A stretch of DNA of 64,000 bases. Source: Epithemia pelagica (lineage: Eukaryota; Protista; Bacillariophyta). The translations under genes and the position numbers were made by a program. The DNA lies in assembly GCA_946965045.2 (NCBI GenBank), contig OX337228.1:3534001-3598000 (forward strand), written 5' to 3'. The notes under the pieces are model-generated. The model was not told where the DNA came from. It worked only from the letters and a program-made list of their open reading frames with translations, and searched no databases. Positions 39,401 through 51,900 of the stretch are shown here, in pieces (position 1 is the first letter of the stretch; each line of letters starts with the position of its first letter).

Positions 39401-42400
39401 TTACTCTCCAGCCAACGATCAAGGTTCCTTTTTATTGTTGGTCGAGGATTTCTTGTACTCCATTGTTATTTTCATATCCGAACTTCCCCAGGTGGTTCCT
39501 CGAGATCGGGATGAGCAGACAGAACAGGCGCGGCTACGTCTATACAGAGAAGTCATCCATAGACTTGCATCTGGTCCAAAGACTCACAGTGAGCTTCTTG
39601 AGGTTCATCACGTCATGTCACACTGGGACAATCTTCTTCTCAGCGAAGAAGGCAAATTGATAAATCCGGATGACGCAACTGGTGCTTCATTAGGAAAGAT
39701 TCTGGAAGAAGTGGCGGAACGAAAGAAATCCAGAGGGAAACTTGAACCCGATAAATGGGAAATAAAGAGAGATGCATGGGATGTGTATGATCCATCATTC
39801 TACCATATAAGCTTGAGGATGCACCAGACTGCAGCAGAGAACCGACCCAAACCAACCACTGATACTGGCTCACCTTGGGGACGTACAACACATCCATACG
39901 CTCCCATTCCTCCCAAGTCGCACCCATTCTTCAATCGCTTGCGTCGAGATGCCACTGCAGATGCTTCGATATTAGCTGTTGTATATCGTGTGCTGCATAT
40001 TCATTTTCGAGCAAACAACAACCGCGACACGTCTGACCTTCCTGGGCGGCTTGCCTACGACCGAGAAAAAAGTGAAACGGCTGTCGCCCGAGCTGTCCAT
40101 TTATTGACACTTGGTGCTTATGCTTGGTCAAACGCGAGGAGGGAAGACGAAAATTGGAGAAGGCATGGAGGCGGTTCCCCTGGTAGTGTATTTTTTGGAT
40201 GGAATCGTGATGTGGCCCCAGTGGTTTCTGATTGGGTGGATTCAGTTTTACTCGTTAATCCGGGAGATATGACTGGAATGGAATGGTACAAGAAGGAGGA
40301 GAGTATATTGCTCCTTCTTCGACGCCTTGCTTCCAGCGAGAGTGAATCCGGTAACTTCACAGCGCAAGATGTCTGTATGAAATCCGGTGCTGCCTGGATA
40401 TGCGAGTTCGCAGCCAAACATAGTTTTGTGGCCAAGGATCTGATCCGTCCGTTGTCTAAAGAAACTGAAACCAGTGACAAGAAGATGTCCATGGCTGAAA
40501 GACAACGCCGTTCACGCGAGAAAGCGCTAGCAATGATGCGTGCCGCTCAGTCCGATTTCGCGGTCATGAACGCTGACGATCTTCAGGAAAAGGAGGAGCT
40601 TGCGACAGATCCATCCCCATCTCGTAAAGCCTCAGAGAACCTAACCACACCTCTACGACCAGTCCGAGCAACAAGTTTTGGATCTACATACAGTACATCT
40701 AGTGTTCAAACGAGCAATAGCGACGTTGGTTCTCTCCCCTCAATGGTCATTATTGAAGGTGAGAACGAGCCGTCAGTGGTCCCCCCAAGACTTTTGAAGG
40801 AACGACCGCGATGCATCATATGTAGTGAAATGGAGCTTGACCCTGGAGTATGCCAGAAAATTGATGGTGAGAAAAGCGAAGGGACGAGGAAAAGATCTAG
40901 AAGACGGGCGGAAAATGCTCTCGGTTTTGTTGGGTATATCCAGGCAAGCACGGTTCTTAAGGGTGGTGGCGGTCCTCCACCAGATCTTGGTTCCTCGCTG
41001 TCGCCTGTGAGAGAGTTCGTGGGAACTCATGTAGCTCTCTGCGGTCATGCAGTTCACAGTGAGTGTTGCGAATCATATCTTGCCACTGTTTCACAACGTG
41101 AAGACCGCGGGATTGGCAAAAGAGATGAATTCAGATGCCCGTTATGTCAGCGTTTGAGCAATTGTCTCGTTCCCTTCATTGACGTTGGATCTGATTGGAT
41201 AGAGCCTCCGTCCAACTCCCAGTCGGGCTCGGTTGACATTGATGAGACTTCTAGCTCTGGTGTTGAAGCGGAAAAGATGCAAGTTGATCGGTCGCTTGGT
41301 TCCTCTCTTAGTATTGACCAATATCTCTCATCTACACCTTGGTGGGTTATGAGGAAAAGTAGCAACATCGTTTGGGATGGCCAGAGTGGTTTTGTTCAGA
41401 GGGTGACGAGTTTGTCGCCAGAGAACACACCAGAAGCCTTTGTCTCAAAATCAGCACGGAGACGGGGAAGAAGACCGCTTACCAAGAAGGATCTCTATGC
41501 CGCTTGGAACGCCATGATGAGAACACCGCGGTTTGTTAGGAGGAAACTTCGGTCCCGAAGTAGCATGAGCGAGGGCTCGTCTGCTGCAGTGCAAGAAGAT
41601 ACTGGTAATCAAGCTCTGAGCGAACCTGAAGAATCGTCTGGTGAAACGTTTGTCTGGCGACGGTTCATGGATCAAGTTTGCGATCTAAGCTATCGCGCGG
41701 ATAGCAAACGCCTTGGGGACGAACATCTTCATGACTTATTTGGTGAATTCCGTCATTATGTTGTAGAGAAATTTGCTTACAACATGGCAAACAGGTTTGA
41801 CGGAGGTGAGCCAATGGAGTGGCCATTTTGTGTTTTCAATGAACCTTTATCAGAGCTCAGACGCCAAGAAATGTCTCGTGAGAAGATACTCTCTAAGCTG
41901 TTTCTCGCCGTTCAGGCTTTCACATACAGCTGCTCATCCGAGGCTTTTGAGTCGAAACGGGCGCTCAGGAAAATATCTGAGACAGCCAGCTCGAGAAGCG
42001 AGAGTGGAATGGATTCGATTCTGTCCAAGTTTGGAATAGATGGAATCACATGTGGAGGTGGTCTTATCGTCATGCCTCGCCCGGTTATGGGAAAGGATAA
42101 TGGTTTACAGCCGTTCGACGGACGACTGGGAAAGTTGCGATACCTGGGCTTGGCACTCGTCGCCGCAGCTGGGGCAGTTTCGGCTGATCTTGTGCAGCTT
42201 GCCATTGCGTTTCCGACTGAAGGAGATGTCCTGGAAGGAAGGAACAACGAAGCAACAGTTGACCAAGAGAAGAATGGCAGGGCTCCAATCTCATACCCGA
42301 TCCTACTAGGCAACGTATTGACTCATGTGGTTGCTGCCATGTGTGCTGCATGTGGTCGCGGTCGAGCGCTTAGCGATTCACTGGACTTAGCGTGGTCTCC

Positions 42401-43781
42401 ACTCTCAGGATCTGGATCTTTTGTGTCTTCCGAAGACCTGAGTATCCGTAAAAGCGTCGATTCGGTGGTAGAAGATTGCGAGGGATTCATGAAGCTAGGG
42501 GTTCTTGCACGTGTTCTTCAGGTTTTGCTCAGTAGGCTCCGATCCCCGGCTTTTGGCTTTCCTTGCCCAAACGCGATGCTCACGATGATGCAAGAATATG
42601 TCCGTAGATCGGCGTCATCTGAAGGGTCTGAGAACGTTGTCTGGAGAACAAGCTGTGGCCGACTTCTTATGGCGGCATTCTCGGGCCAGGAGGACTACAA
42701 TGCTGCTCTCACCATCGATGTTATGCTCCCAACTTTTGAACAGATTGACCAAGCTTGTGAAAGTGCATTGTCTGCTGCGTGCTCTTTCTTAATAGACGCT
42801 GGAACCATCATTCAGGTTCTCGTACCCAGTGTTGTATGGCGGTATGGCAATATGTTGGAATTTCCGGCTAGCACGAATGACCAGGTAACTCCGCATGTTC
42901 TCTACGAGAAGCTATGTTCTCATTTTATGTTTGAGCCAATGCGAGATATGGTGTCATCTCCGCTGACGCTGGAAATTGTTTCGAATTGGTACAAAACGGC
43001 AGTTCATCAGGGAAGATTAGCCGCCGGAGGTCTCGTGGGCACGTCAAGCGGAAGATCGGCGTTGTGGGCTCGCTTGTACAGGACTCAAGGCTTTCGCGAA
43101 TTCGACTGGCCTTCACCGGGTGAGTCTGAAAAATCTCAGCACGTCCACTCTCCCAAAGAGAAAGCCACTGGAAAAATAGCTACAGCTGAACAACCCGAGG
43201 ACGGACCAAATGCGATGCAGATAGAGAAATTGGTGTCAAGAGCCAGCGCTGTATCGACATCTGAATTGGTCAGCGAGCGCAAACCACCTCCATTGGTGGC
43301 TTACACTTCCAAGAAGACCATACCGCTACTCGGAGGTTTCGCGGCGGATCTTTCCAGACCTAATCCTCGACCTCGGGTCCTTAGAATGCCAGTTGCGTAC
43401 ACTGACTTGTATGCAGAACTTGGTTCATTAATGCCTGAATGCGAGCAAATTGCGGTGTGCTTGGTTTGTGGCGAGGTTCTCAATGCTGGAGGAAAAGGTG
43501 AATGCACAAGACATGCTTATAAGTGTGGGGCAGGGGCTGGTATATTTTTCTTGCTCCAAGAGTGCTCGGGATTGATCTTGCATCGTTCGAAAGCCGCATA
43601 CATCCACAGTCCGTATGTTGATAGCCACGGGGAGACACCCCAACATCGCGGTAGGCCACTGAATCTTGATCTTGATCGTTATGAACATCTTCGAGAAATC
43701 TGGTATAGCCACTCTGTACGACAGCATGTAATTGCAGAACGAGGGAGTTCTCGACAAGTAATTCTCAATGATTTCTACTGA
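36463..43781 (+). CDS. UBR-box N-recognin E3 ubiquitin ligase (UBR1/PRT6-like); join(36463..37009,37087..43781)
   Basis: The UBR box CQHPFKKNDIVWVCRTC...CDCGDPDAWDPAGFCPCH is restored by a 77-bp GT-AG intron (37010-37086). Also a ClpS-like YIVLHADD segment, a split RING (CIIC...CGHAVHSECC...CPLC) and a C-terminal UBR domain (CLVCG...YVDSHGE). Confidence 0.93.
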
Positions 43782-44047
43782 GAAGCCGCATCTCAGATTC
43801 CCAACACGGTACACGGGTTCGAAATAACCGGTGGTACCTACTTGTTCAGATAAAAGTTGTTGGGAATGACTACTCTGTTACGAAAGTAAATCATCTGATT
43901 GCTCTATATCATTCAATATACGAAAAGCTACAAGATATATGACAATGTCCCAGGGACTACGTACTAGTTTGTCGTATTTTTGCCTTACTATTCATTCCAT
44001 TCCATTTTAACTCACATGCCCCATGTCATCGAGCCCCACGCTCGCAA

Positions 44048-46135
44048 CTAGCGCCTATTCACAATAATAATATCGATCGGATTGCGCCGACTTCCAGGCA
44101 TGTCCTTGTGTTTCACCGTCAGCCATGAAACCATTGTTCCGAGCGAAGACTCTTGCCTACGACTCACTGGACCAAGACTAGGAAGGAAAAATACCCAGGA
44201 GTCATCCAAGTCCAGTTCGTATGTCATTTGATTTCGTGCCTTGGCAAAGGTGGTATCCTTGGGTAGTGCAATGAAGCCAAGACTTTCCTTCTTCTTTCCT
44301 GGTAGCATTTTCGTGACCCTGAAGAAGAATCCTTTGCGATAACGCTGGACTGCCTCGCTTTGCGTATACTCTTGCATACCAATATCACCATATCGTGGCG
44401 AATGAGCACTCGCGAGTCGTGCTCCCTCGTATTCCTTCGTCTCAGTTTGCTCCTGTACAGGTAACCCGCTGTTTGGACATGATATCGGTTCTTCAGCAAC
44501 CTTTCCCTCGTCGCTGTTGCAACCAGAGGACGTTTCTCCTGTTCTGCACGAGTCCACATCAACGGTCAAACGTGTTGGTGTGCGCGGAGAATCATTAGTT
44601 TCCCCTAACGCCGCAGTTTCTTTACATTCGGACTGAGCGCTTTCACTGTCTGTGACCTCGATGGAAATATGATTGCTGTCATCGTTTGACTTGTGCTCCT
44701 CCGGTTTCACTTCATTCTTGGAACCACCGGGAGTCGAAGAAGCAGGCCAGCTATCATCTTCACCACCTAACTGCTTTGATGTTTTCTCTACCCCGTCCTT
44801 GTCGCTGTCTTCGTCGCTATCGAGAAGCTCAACTGTGGCTTTGCTTTTCTTCTTCAATAAGGAGTGCAGAGCACTTTGACCGTCCTTTCCAGCATCAAAT
44901 TCATCGCCCTTTCGTTTCTTGCTTTGGCGCAACGTCCGGAAAAACTTACTTCGTTCTGATTTGCTGAGTATTTCAGATTCTCTTCGTAGCCGACGCTCCT
45001 TTGCAAGTGCCATTATCTCGCGTTCCTGATCACTCATTTTGCTTGCTTCGTCCTGTTTGATAAGCACTTCCAATCTCTGACGACAAAGTGAAGGATGTAG
45101 GTTCATTCGCAGGCCAATCCTTTTCCAGTCACCACAATGTTCGTTGTCTAATTGACGTAGCGCGATATCAAGTTCCGGAGTCCATTCCACAGTCTTTCCT
45201 TCACTCTCAGGGTACACTGCACTCCCTTTTGCAGGTTTTGTACCCGTGGTTTTGTTGTTGTTGTTGTTCTCTGGAGTGTCGTTGGATGTCGTTCGAGGAT
45301 GATTACTGGCCGACATGTCATACCTCACCTTTTTTACCGGTGGCTTGACCTGGACAGCGGTAGGTGACGACTTCCCCTGTAACTCTGACACCGCACTTTC
45401 TCGTTCTGCACTCGGGTGGCCATTGTTGTTACTCAGATAAACCTCTCGTGGAGCGAGAACACTTGCACTAGAAATTTGGCCGTCCGACGCCGTCGTGTCA
45501 GGGACCCTAGAAGCGACATACAACATGCGTTGTTGTTGCTGTTGCTGCTGTTGTTGTTGAAGAGCAGCCAGCTGTAGCATTTTGTGTTGTTCCGCGTTGA
45601 TTGCTGCCGCCAAAAGCTGTGAACTACTCTGTGCGTTCGGAAGAGCGACGGTAGCAGTCCGTCCAATGGCAGAGAGACTGAGGGCTTCCACAAGACGCTG
45701 ATGCTGTGGTTGCTGTCCGTTCGCTGATCCTTGTCCAGCCGTAGCACACGTTGTCAATGTCGAAGCCATGATGATGTTGTTTGATTTTAACTCCATAAAA
45801 TACTCAAGATCTCTCGAATTTTGATCAAGATGGGCTGGGCTCAGTGAGAAAGACGAGGTTCGACAATTTGCGGAGGATTTATGTCTTGTTGACATTTGGG
45901 GAGGTCGCCATGGGCGCCAATGTCTACAGAAACTTGTATAGTAGATCGTGTAGGATCGCCGAGCCCTCTTTTTTGTTACGACGCGGACACCGGGCGTAAT
46001 ATTTTTGTTCGAGAAACAGCGACGGTCCTCTTCGCCAGTCGAGGCGTTGTACAATGGTTGTACTCTTAGACATACGCCCGTTGGGGGAAATGGATTGGGG
46101 GAACGCGCGCCAGATCGCTTCGACAACAGACACAA
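44048..46135 (-). CDS. Myb/SANT-like domain protein with poly-Q and acidic regions; true start probably near 45800
   Basis: EWTPELDIALRQLDNEHCGDWKRIGLRMNLHPSLCRQRL resembles one Myb repeat; C-terminal globular segment unassigned. Confidence 0.55.
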   Translation of the reverse strand: MCLLSKRSGARSPNPFPPTGVCLRVQPLYNASTGEEDRRCFSNKNITPGVRVVTKKRARRSYTIYYTSFCRHWRPWRPPQMSTRHKSSANCRTSSFSLSPAHLDQNSRDLEYFMELKSNNIIMASTLTTCATAGQGSANGQQPQHQRLVEALSLSAIGRTATVALPNAQSSSQLLAAAINAEQHKMLQLAALQQQQQQQQQQRMLYVASRVPDTTASDGQISSASVLAPREVYLSNNNGHPSAERESAVSELQGKSSPTAVQVKPPVKKVRYDMSASNHPRTTSNDTPENNNNNKTTGTKPAKGSAVYPESEGKTVEWTPELDIALRQLDNEHCGDWKRIGLRMNLHPSLCRQRLEVLIKQDEASKMSDQEREIMALAKERRLRRESEILSKSERSKFFRTLRQSKKRKGDEFDAGKDGQSALHSLLKKKSKATVELLDSDEDSDKDGVEKTSKQLGGEDDSWPASSTPGGSKNEVKPEEHKSNDDSNHISIEVTDSESAQSECKETAALGETNDSPRTPTRLTVDVDSCRTGETSSGCNSDEGKVAEEPISCPNSGLPVQEQTETKEYEGARLASAHSPRYGDIGMQEYTQSEAVQRYRKGFFFRVTKMLPGKKKESLGFIALPKDTTFAKARNQMTYELDLDDSWVFFLPSLGPVSRRQESSLGTMVSWLTVKHKDMPGSRRNPIDIIIVNRR

Positions 46136-46441
46136 AAGAGCGCTTCGTCAGTTGTCAGTACAGAACAACAGAAATCCCATGGTCAGTGTACACGTCATCC
46201 AGATCTTCGAGTTGCTTTTCTCGTCGGGAAATTCGTTTCTGGAACACGACAGCTGTCGGATAGAAGTTGGATCATTGACGAGAACGTTGCAAAGATCATT
46301 CTGTTTCATTCGTTCCAGTTTGTGTCATCTGAGGAACCATCTGTGACCATCTTTTGAATTCGCTTGTCATTGCAGTGAGATTGCCGATCTCGTCATTTGG
46401 AAGCATAAATTAGTGATCCTAAAGATATCGGAGGCAAAACC

Positions 46442-48772
46442 ATGGGCCTCGGAGCATTTGATTTCATGAGCTTTGTGTTCGTCGTTCTCGGGGTTATCAA
46501 GGCTTCGTCGGGCTTCGTTCTGAATCCTTCGGGGATGTTGAATGTGAACATTGGAGGTTCCAATCCTCTCCTACCAGCAACCTTGCAAGAGCCTTCATAT
46601 GCGCTGTGGGCAAGCAAGGCTGGCTTTCTGGGAGATGACGTCGATGATGATGAAGACGAGGATGAAGACGATGACGATGATATGGCTTTGTCGTCGGCGC
46701 GTCGTTATTCAGGTGCCACTTCTCCTTTCACTGGTATGAAATTAGATCCTTGGGATCCGAATCCTCTCATTAAACCTCGACCGAGTCGTTTGTTCAAGGA
46801 CGATCTGACATCGACTGCTTCGATCAAGGATGAGGATTTGGTACAGAGCATGTCAGCTGAAGAACGCAAGGAAAACTTGCAGGTCATGCGTCAAATTCGA
46901 AAGTCCGATTTGCCCGATTTGCGAATGCGCAAAGATCACGCAGGATGGGTCGAGGCTAACAATGACTTGAAGCGCCGATACCAGAAAGATCCCTGGTTCG
47001 GAATCAATGAGCGCTTGCGTGACGCCATTCAGCTGGGTGAACCGGACGACAAGGTCCAGTACTTGAAAAACCTTGCTGATCGAATTGGTGGCCCACCCCC
47101 AGGATTGGAAGTTGGACCCAAGGGCTATGCGGTCCACACGGAAATTTACGACATTGGCATTAGCCCTACTCGCGCTGCTTCCATGTTGGAACGTGAAATT
47201 CGTGAAGATCGTGCCGCTCGAGGTCGAGCCATGATGGCCGAACGTCGCAAAAATCAAGAGAAACAGCAACGACAATATGAAGAAGATATGCGCAACCCAG
47301 GACTTCGTGAAGACCGTGAAGCCAAGGAACGACGTGAACGCACTATGCGCCGTCTTATGGAAGAGATCGATGCGGACAACAAGAAGAAACGCGAACGAGC
47401 CAAGGAGCTTTTGGGGAAAATCCCTGAAACGCCCGAATCAAGAACCAAAGCAATGGAAAAAGCCTTGAAAGAAGCTCGTGATGAGGTCAAGAAAATCCGA
47501 CGCCAACAACTAGGCGAAAGTGACCAACGAAAGAGCAGTGCAGCGGATGAAGATGACGACAGTGATGACGAAGATGAAGACCGTCCAAAGTCAGGTGCCG
47601 ATCGGGCGAGGGAAGCTGCTGCTGCAGGAGGACGTCCTCGGCTACCGGGTGACGAGGATGTTACGCGCGGTGAGTTATCGTCCGACCTGACTGTTGAAAG
47701 CAGCAGCTCAACTGTGACAGGACCCCTCGAAGTCCAAGTAACGTCTGTCTACAACAAGGAACAGTCTGATCCACCGATGCGGAAGCACTGCTTTCAATAC
47801 ACGATTCGTATTACGAACAATTCTCCCTCGGAAACTATTCAGCTTTTGGGACGACGCTTTGAAATCCAGACTGTTGGTAGCAGCATGAAGGATGTTGTAC
47901 AAGGGGAAGGTGTCACCGGTCGAACTCCAATTCTTAAGCCTGGTGAAGTTTTTGAGTACACGAGCACAGCTCCATTGTCAGTTCGGCCCATTGGCACTAC
48001 AATCATTGCAGCTCGAATGAGAGGAGAATATCGTTACATCGTTTTAGCACCTGGCCAACAAACAGCTTCGGCTGAACAAGTTGAAGCAGGAGGCGAAGCG
48101 AATGCCGAACTGGGTACTTTTCATTTCATCTTCCCCGAAGACCAACGAGTCAAGCCCTTCCGCACGGAGGAGAGCGATGACGACGAGGATGACGAAGACG
48201 AAGATGACGATGAAGAAGCCAGTGCCTCTCAACGACCAAGTGCCTCACCGGCCTCCTCAACGCCGTCACCGAGCTCTGCCTCAACGCTGCCGGGTGACCG
48301 TGACATGAAAGTCGGTGATATCGCTGTACCCTTGAATGATTCGTCTGAAACATCAACCGAAGACGTAAGAGTGCAAGTAACGTCCTCTTACCGACCAGAA
48401 CGTTCGGAAGAAGCTCTCGGCAAGCACTGCTTTGCGTACAATATTCGAATCACAAATGAATCAAACAAGCCAATTCAACTGGTTTCTCGTCGATTCGAAA
48501 TTCAGACTATCGGTAGCAGCACCAAAGACATTGTACAGGGACCTGGCGTGACGGGGCGACAGCCTATCCTCAAACCTGGCGAAAGCTTTGAATATACCAG
48601 TACGGCGCCGTTGTCTGTTCGCCCAATGCTTGACAAGACTCCAGTTGTTGCACGCATGCAAGGTGAATACAACTTTGTTCGTTTGACAGATGATGCAACT
48701 ACTCCTGTTAGTTCGGCTCCGCTTCAAGCAAAGCTCGCTATGTTCCACTTCATTCTTCCTCAGCCTGCCTAA
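46442..48772 (+). CDS. Protein with two ApaG (DUF525) domains and a signal-peptide-like N-terminus
   Basis: Two copies of the HCF.Y.IRITN...QL..RRFEI....G.GV.G..P.LKPGE.FEYTS motif; hydrophobic leader ending SSG-FVL; charged coiled-coil middle region. Confidence 0.85.
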   Translation: MGLGAFDFMSFVFVVLGVIKASSGFVLNPSGMLNVNIGGSNPLLPATLQEPSYALWASKAGFLGDDVDDDEDEDEDDDDDMALSSARRYSGATSPFTGMKLDPWDPNPLIKPRPSRLFKDDLTSTASIKDEDLVQSMSAEERKENLQVMRQIRKSDLPDLRMRKDHAGWVEANNDLKRRYQKDPWFGINERLRDAIQLGEPDDKVQYLKNLADRIGGPPPGLEVGPKGYAVHTEIYDIGISPTRAASMLEREIREDRAARGRAMMAERRKNQEKQQRQYEEDMRNPGLREDREAKERRERTMRRLMEEIDADNKKKRERAKELLGKIPETPESRTKAMEKALKEARDEVKKIRRQQLGESDQRKSSAADEDDDSDDEDEDRPKSGADRAREAAAAGGRPRLPGDEDVTRGELSSDLTVESSSSTVTGPLEVQVTSVYNKEQSDPPMRKHCFQYTIRITNNSPSETIQLLGRRFEIQTVGSSMKDVVQGEGVTGRTPILKPGEVFEYTSTAPLSVRPIGTTIIAARMRGEYRYIVLAPGQQTASAEQVEAGGEANAELGTFHFIFPEDQRVKPFRTEESDDDEDDEDEDDDEEASASQRPSASPASSTPSPSSASTLPGDRDMKVGDIAVPLNDSSETSTEDVRVQVTSSYRPERSEEALGKHCFAYNIRITNESNKPIQLVSRRFEIQTIGSSTKDIVQGPGVTGRQPILKPGESFEYTSTAPLSVRPMLDKTPVVARMQGEYNFVRLTDDATTPVSSAPLQAKLAMFHFILPQPA

Positions 48773-48955
48773 CTCTTTGATCGTGAAGAATAAAGGGCGA
48801 GACTCAGCATGGTAGATGGTATCAAGCATGAATTGAAAAGTTGGCTAAGTAAGAAAGTATTTGACGTTGATTACCCCCAAAATTCCACATATCTGTCCTT
48901 CGTACTCTGGATAGGCCTCTTCTCACTTATTCATTCTCTGGAGCTACACCCGAGG

Positions 48956-51900
48956 TCAATTTGCATCTGCCTCTTCAGCGGACGGTGTAGTATCTTCAAC
49001 CTTGCGTTTGCGAGAAACCAGAGTGGACTGGTTGGTCGACTTCGAAGCTGCTGCACTTGTCACGTCACCCACCGCTTCTTCATCTTTCATCAGGTCAGCG
49101 ACGAATCGTAGGGCATCCTTTCTCGACAAGGGATGAATGCTGCTGACCTTGTTTTGATGACTTACACCGAAACATCTATTAGAGACAGCCACCAATTCCG
49201 GCCGGAAGGTTGTCACGATGAATTGCGTGGGATTATCCTTGTTGTTTGCCTGACGTTGGATCAAGTTTGCAACCGCCGCGCGATACGTAGAATCTAATGC
49301 TTGATCAAGCTCGTCAAACATATAGAAAGGGGCAGGGTCGCATCTTTGAATCGCAAAAATCAGAGCCAGAGCAACCAATGCCTTTTGGCCACCGGAGAGC
49401 TGGGTCATGAGGTAATTTTCCCCAACGGAGGAGAAACGAACCTTAATACCAATTCCTTGGAACGAACTCATATCAGCGGTTGTCACTGCAGGCTTTGAGC
49501 CCTCGACTTGACTACTTTCATCTAGGGCTTTAGGGTCTTCATCAAGTGATCTCCGCATGATAAGTTCACCAGCACCACCGGGTACCAGCTCTTTGAACAC
49601 GTCTCTGAAATGAGAACTGACACCTCGGAAGGTTCGGCTGATGGCTTCATCCTTTTGGCGATCCAAACTGTCGATCAGATCCTTCACCTTGGCGGCACCT
49701 TGATCAAGCTCTTGCTTCCGCTTCAATAAGGTATCCCGCTGTTCGCTAAAATTGACATACTGGTCGAAAGCTTTCTTGTTTACATGAGAGTATGCCTTGA
49801 GTTTTTTGTTTGCCCTTTCCAATAAAGTCATCAGTTCGGAGATTGTCTTATCTGCAAACTTTTCTAATTCCGAAGGAGGGGGTAGAGATCCCAATTCCTG
49901 GATTTTCCGCATATACGTCTCCCTGTTAGAAAAGCACATTGAGCGCTGAGCACAAAAATAATGTGAGAGAAACTACCCAACAAAGGACATTGCAATGAAA
50001 GAACAATAATGCATACCTTATTCAAGAGTCTTTCGGCCTTCTCCCGTGCCTCTTCCAAGGATTTCGAAATGTTTTCATCTTGTTGTTTCAGTTTTTCCAG
50101 GTCTTGTTTTGCATCAGCCCACTTTCGTTTTGCGTCCTCTAAGGAAGACTCCGCCGATTTCAATTCGGTTGCAGCTTCCGAGAGAAGTTCCGATGCAGTA
50201 CCAACAGCATGCTTAAGTTCACGAATTGAGCTCTCGTCAATTTGACCATTATATTCCCCATCGTTTCCAGGTGTTGAACCGCCATTCAACTGTTCCAGCT
50301 GTTCGCGAATCTGTTGCCGCGACAAGCTGTGTTTTTGTTCCTTCAAGCTCAATTGACCAGCCACTTCTTGTGCTTTCGGAAGCTCGTCACTCGTAATAGT
50401 TTCTAATCTTTCGTTCAATGATTGGAGCACCTGTTCATCTTCAACAGATAAATTGGTCTGAAGTGCAGTACCAACTTCGCTTTGTAAACGGGCAACTTCA
50501 GCTTGATCCGTATGAAGAGCCTCCTCATCCTCTTTTACAAGATCTGACAACTGTTCGGCACGACGTGAAAGAGAATCTTTATGCTTTTCTGCCTCTTGAA
50601 GTTTTTTCTGCAACTGTTGCTTTTCGTGCTGAAGAGTTTTTTCTTGAGCGTTTTGTCGCTCCACCGTATCATGACAAGTCTGCCATTCTTCTTTTATGGA
50701 GTCATCACGGGCCTTAGCCTCCAGTAATTCCTCATCCGCTTTCTTTAGTTTGTTTTGGGCAATCTGCGATTGTCTGTGGGCGGCAATGCGAGACTTCTGG
50801 GAATCAATATAACCCCCAGTCATGGCTCCTTTACGACTGCATAAATCGCCTTCAAGCGTTAGAACGTCCACACGATGTTGCCGGCAGACTTCGGCGGCAA
50901 TTTCGGCTGTGCGGGCCAACCACTTGGAACCAAACACCAGTTCCATAGCAGCTTCAACAGCTGGCTCATACGTGAGGCAGGTTGGTAACAAGAGCCGGAC
51001 GTCATCGTTGGAGATACGAGTGTCTGCGTGTTCGGGACGGAGTTGGCTCAGAGGCAAAAACGTCACGCGTCCAGAGTTTCTTTGTTCAAGCGCACGAACA
51101 AGTTTTGAGGCAGTCTCATCTGAATCAACTATGACATGAAACAGGGCATTTTGGGCAGCCATTTCCACGCACGTTTGATATTTTTCATGCCGGAGTGAGA
51201 AATTATCCAAAACCGTACCATAGTATTCGTGAATTGATAGGCCCATCTCTCTCACCAGCTCAGGAAGTGCTTGCAGCCCCATGGAGGTTGCCCGTGGAGT
51301 CGACTGTCGACTTAGTGATTGAGCTGAATGCCAAGCATCTCGGGCCTGCTGGAGCTCCGTGGTCTTCAGTTGGACTTGATTCCAAGTGGCCATTCGAGAT
51401 GTCTGCAGTTTCAGTTTCTCTTCTTGACTACTTGACAAACTTTTGCTCAGCTCAACCAAATGCTTCGACTTTTGTGTTATGTGCGTTTTGAGTCTGGTAA
51501 TTTGTTCGTCCCCCTTGTTCTGGTTTTCTACAACCGTTTTAAGTTTCTGACGCTGCTGTGAAAGTGCCTTCAATTTGGAATCAATTTGTTCTTGCAAAAC
51601 CCTTATTTGCGAACGCAGAAACTCATCGCGGTGCTCGACCGTTTCAAATCGTTGGGCACGACCTTGTTTGGCATACAAGCCTTGGACATCTTCTTCTAGC
51701 CTTGAGCGTTCTTGGTGCAATAAAACCAACGCGTCCTTTGCTTGCTTTACTTTTGGCTGAACTTCTTCAAGGTTTCGTTCCGTTTGTTCAAGGCGTTCTT
51801 GCAGATCTTTAGCCTGGACTTTGTTGGCTTCGCGTTCACTCTGCTGTTGCTTCAGTTGCTCTTGCATGGAACGCAATTTTTCTTCACGCGTTTGTAAGCC

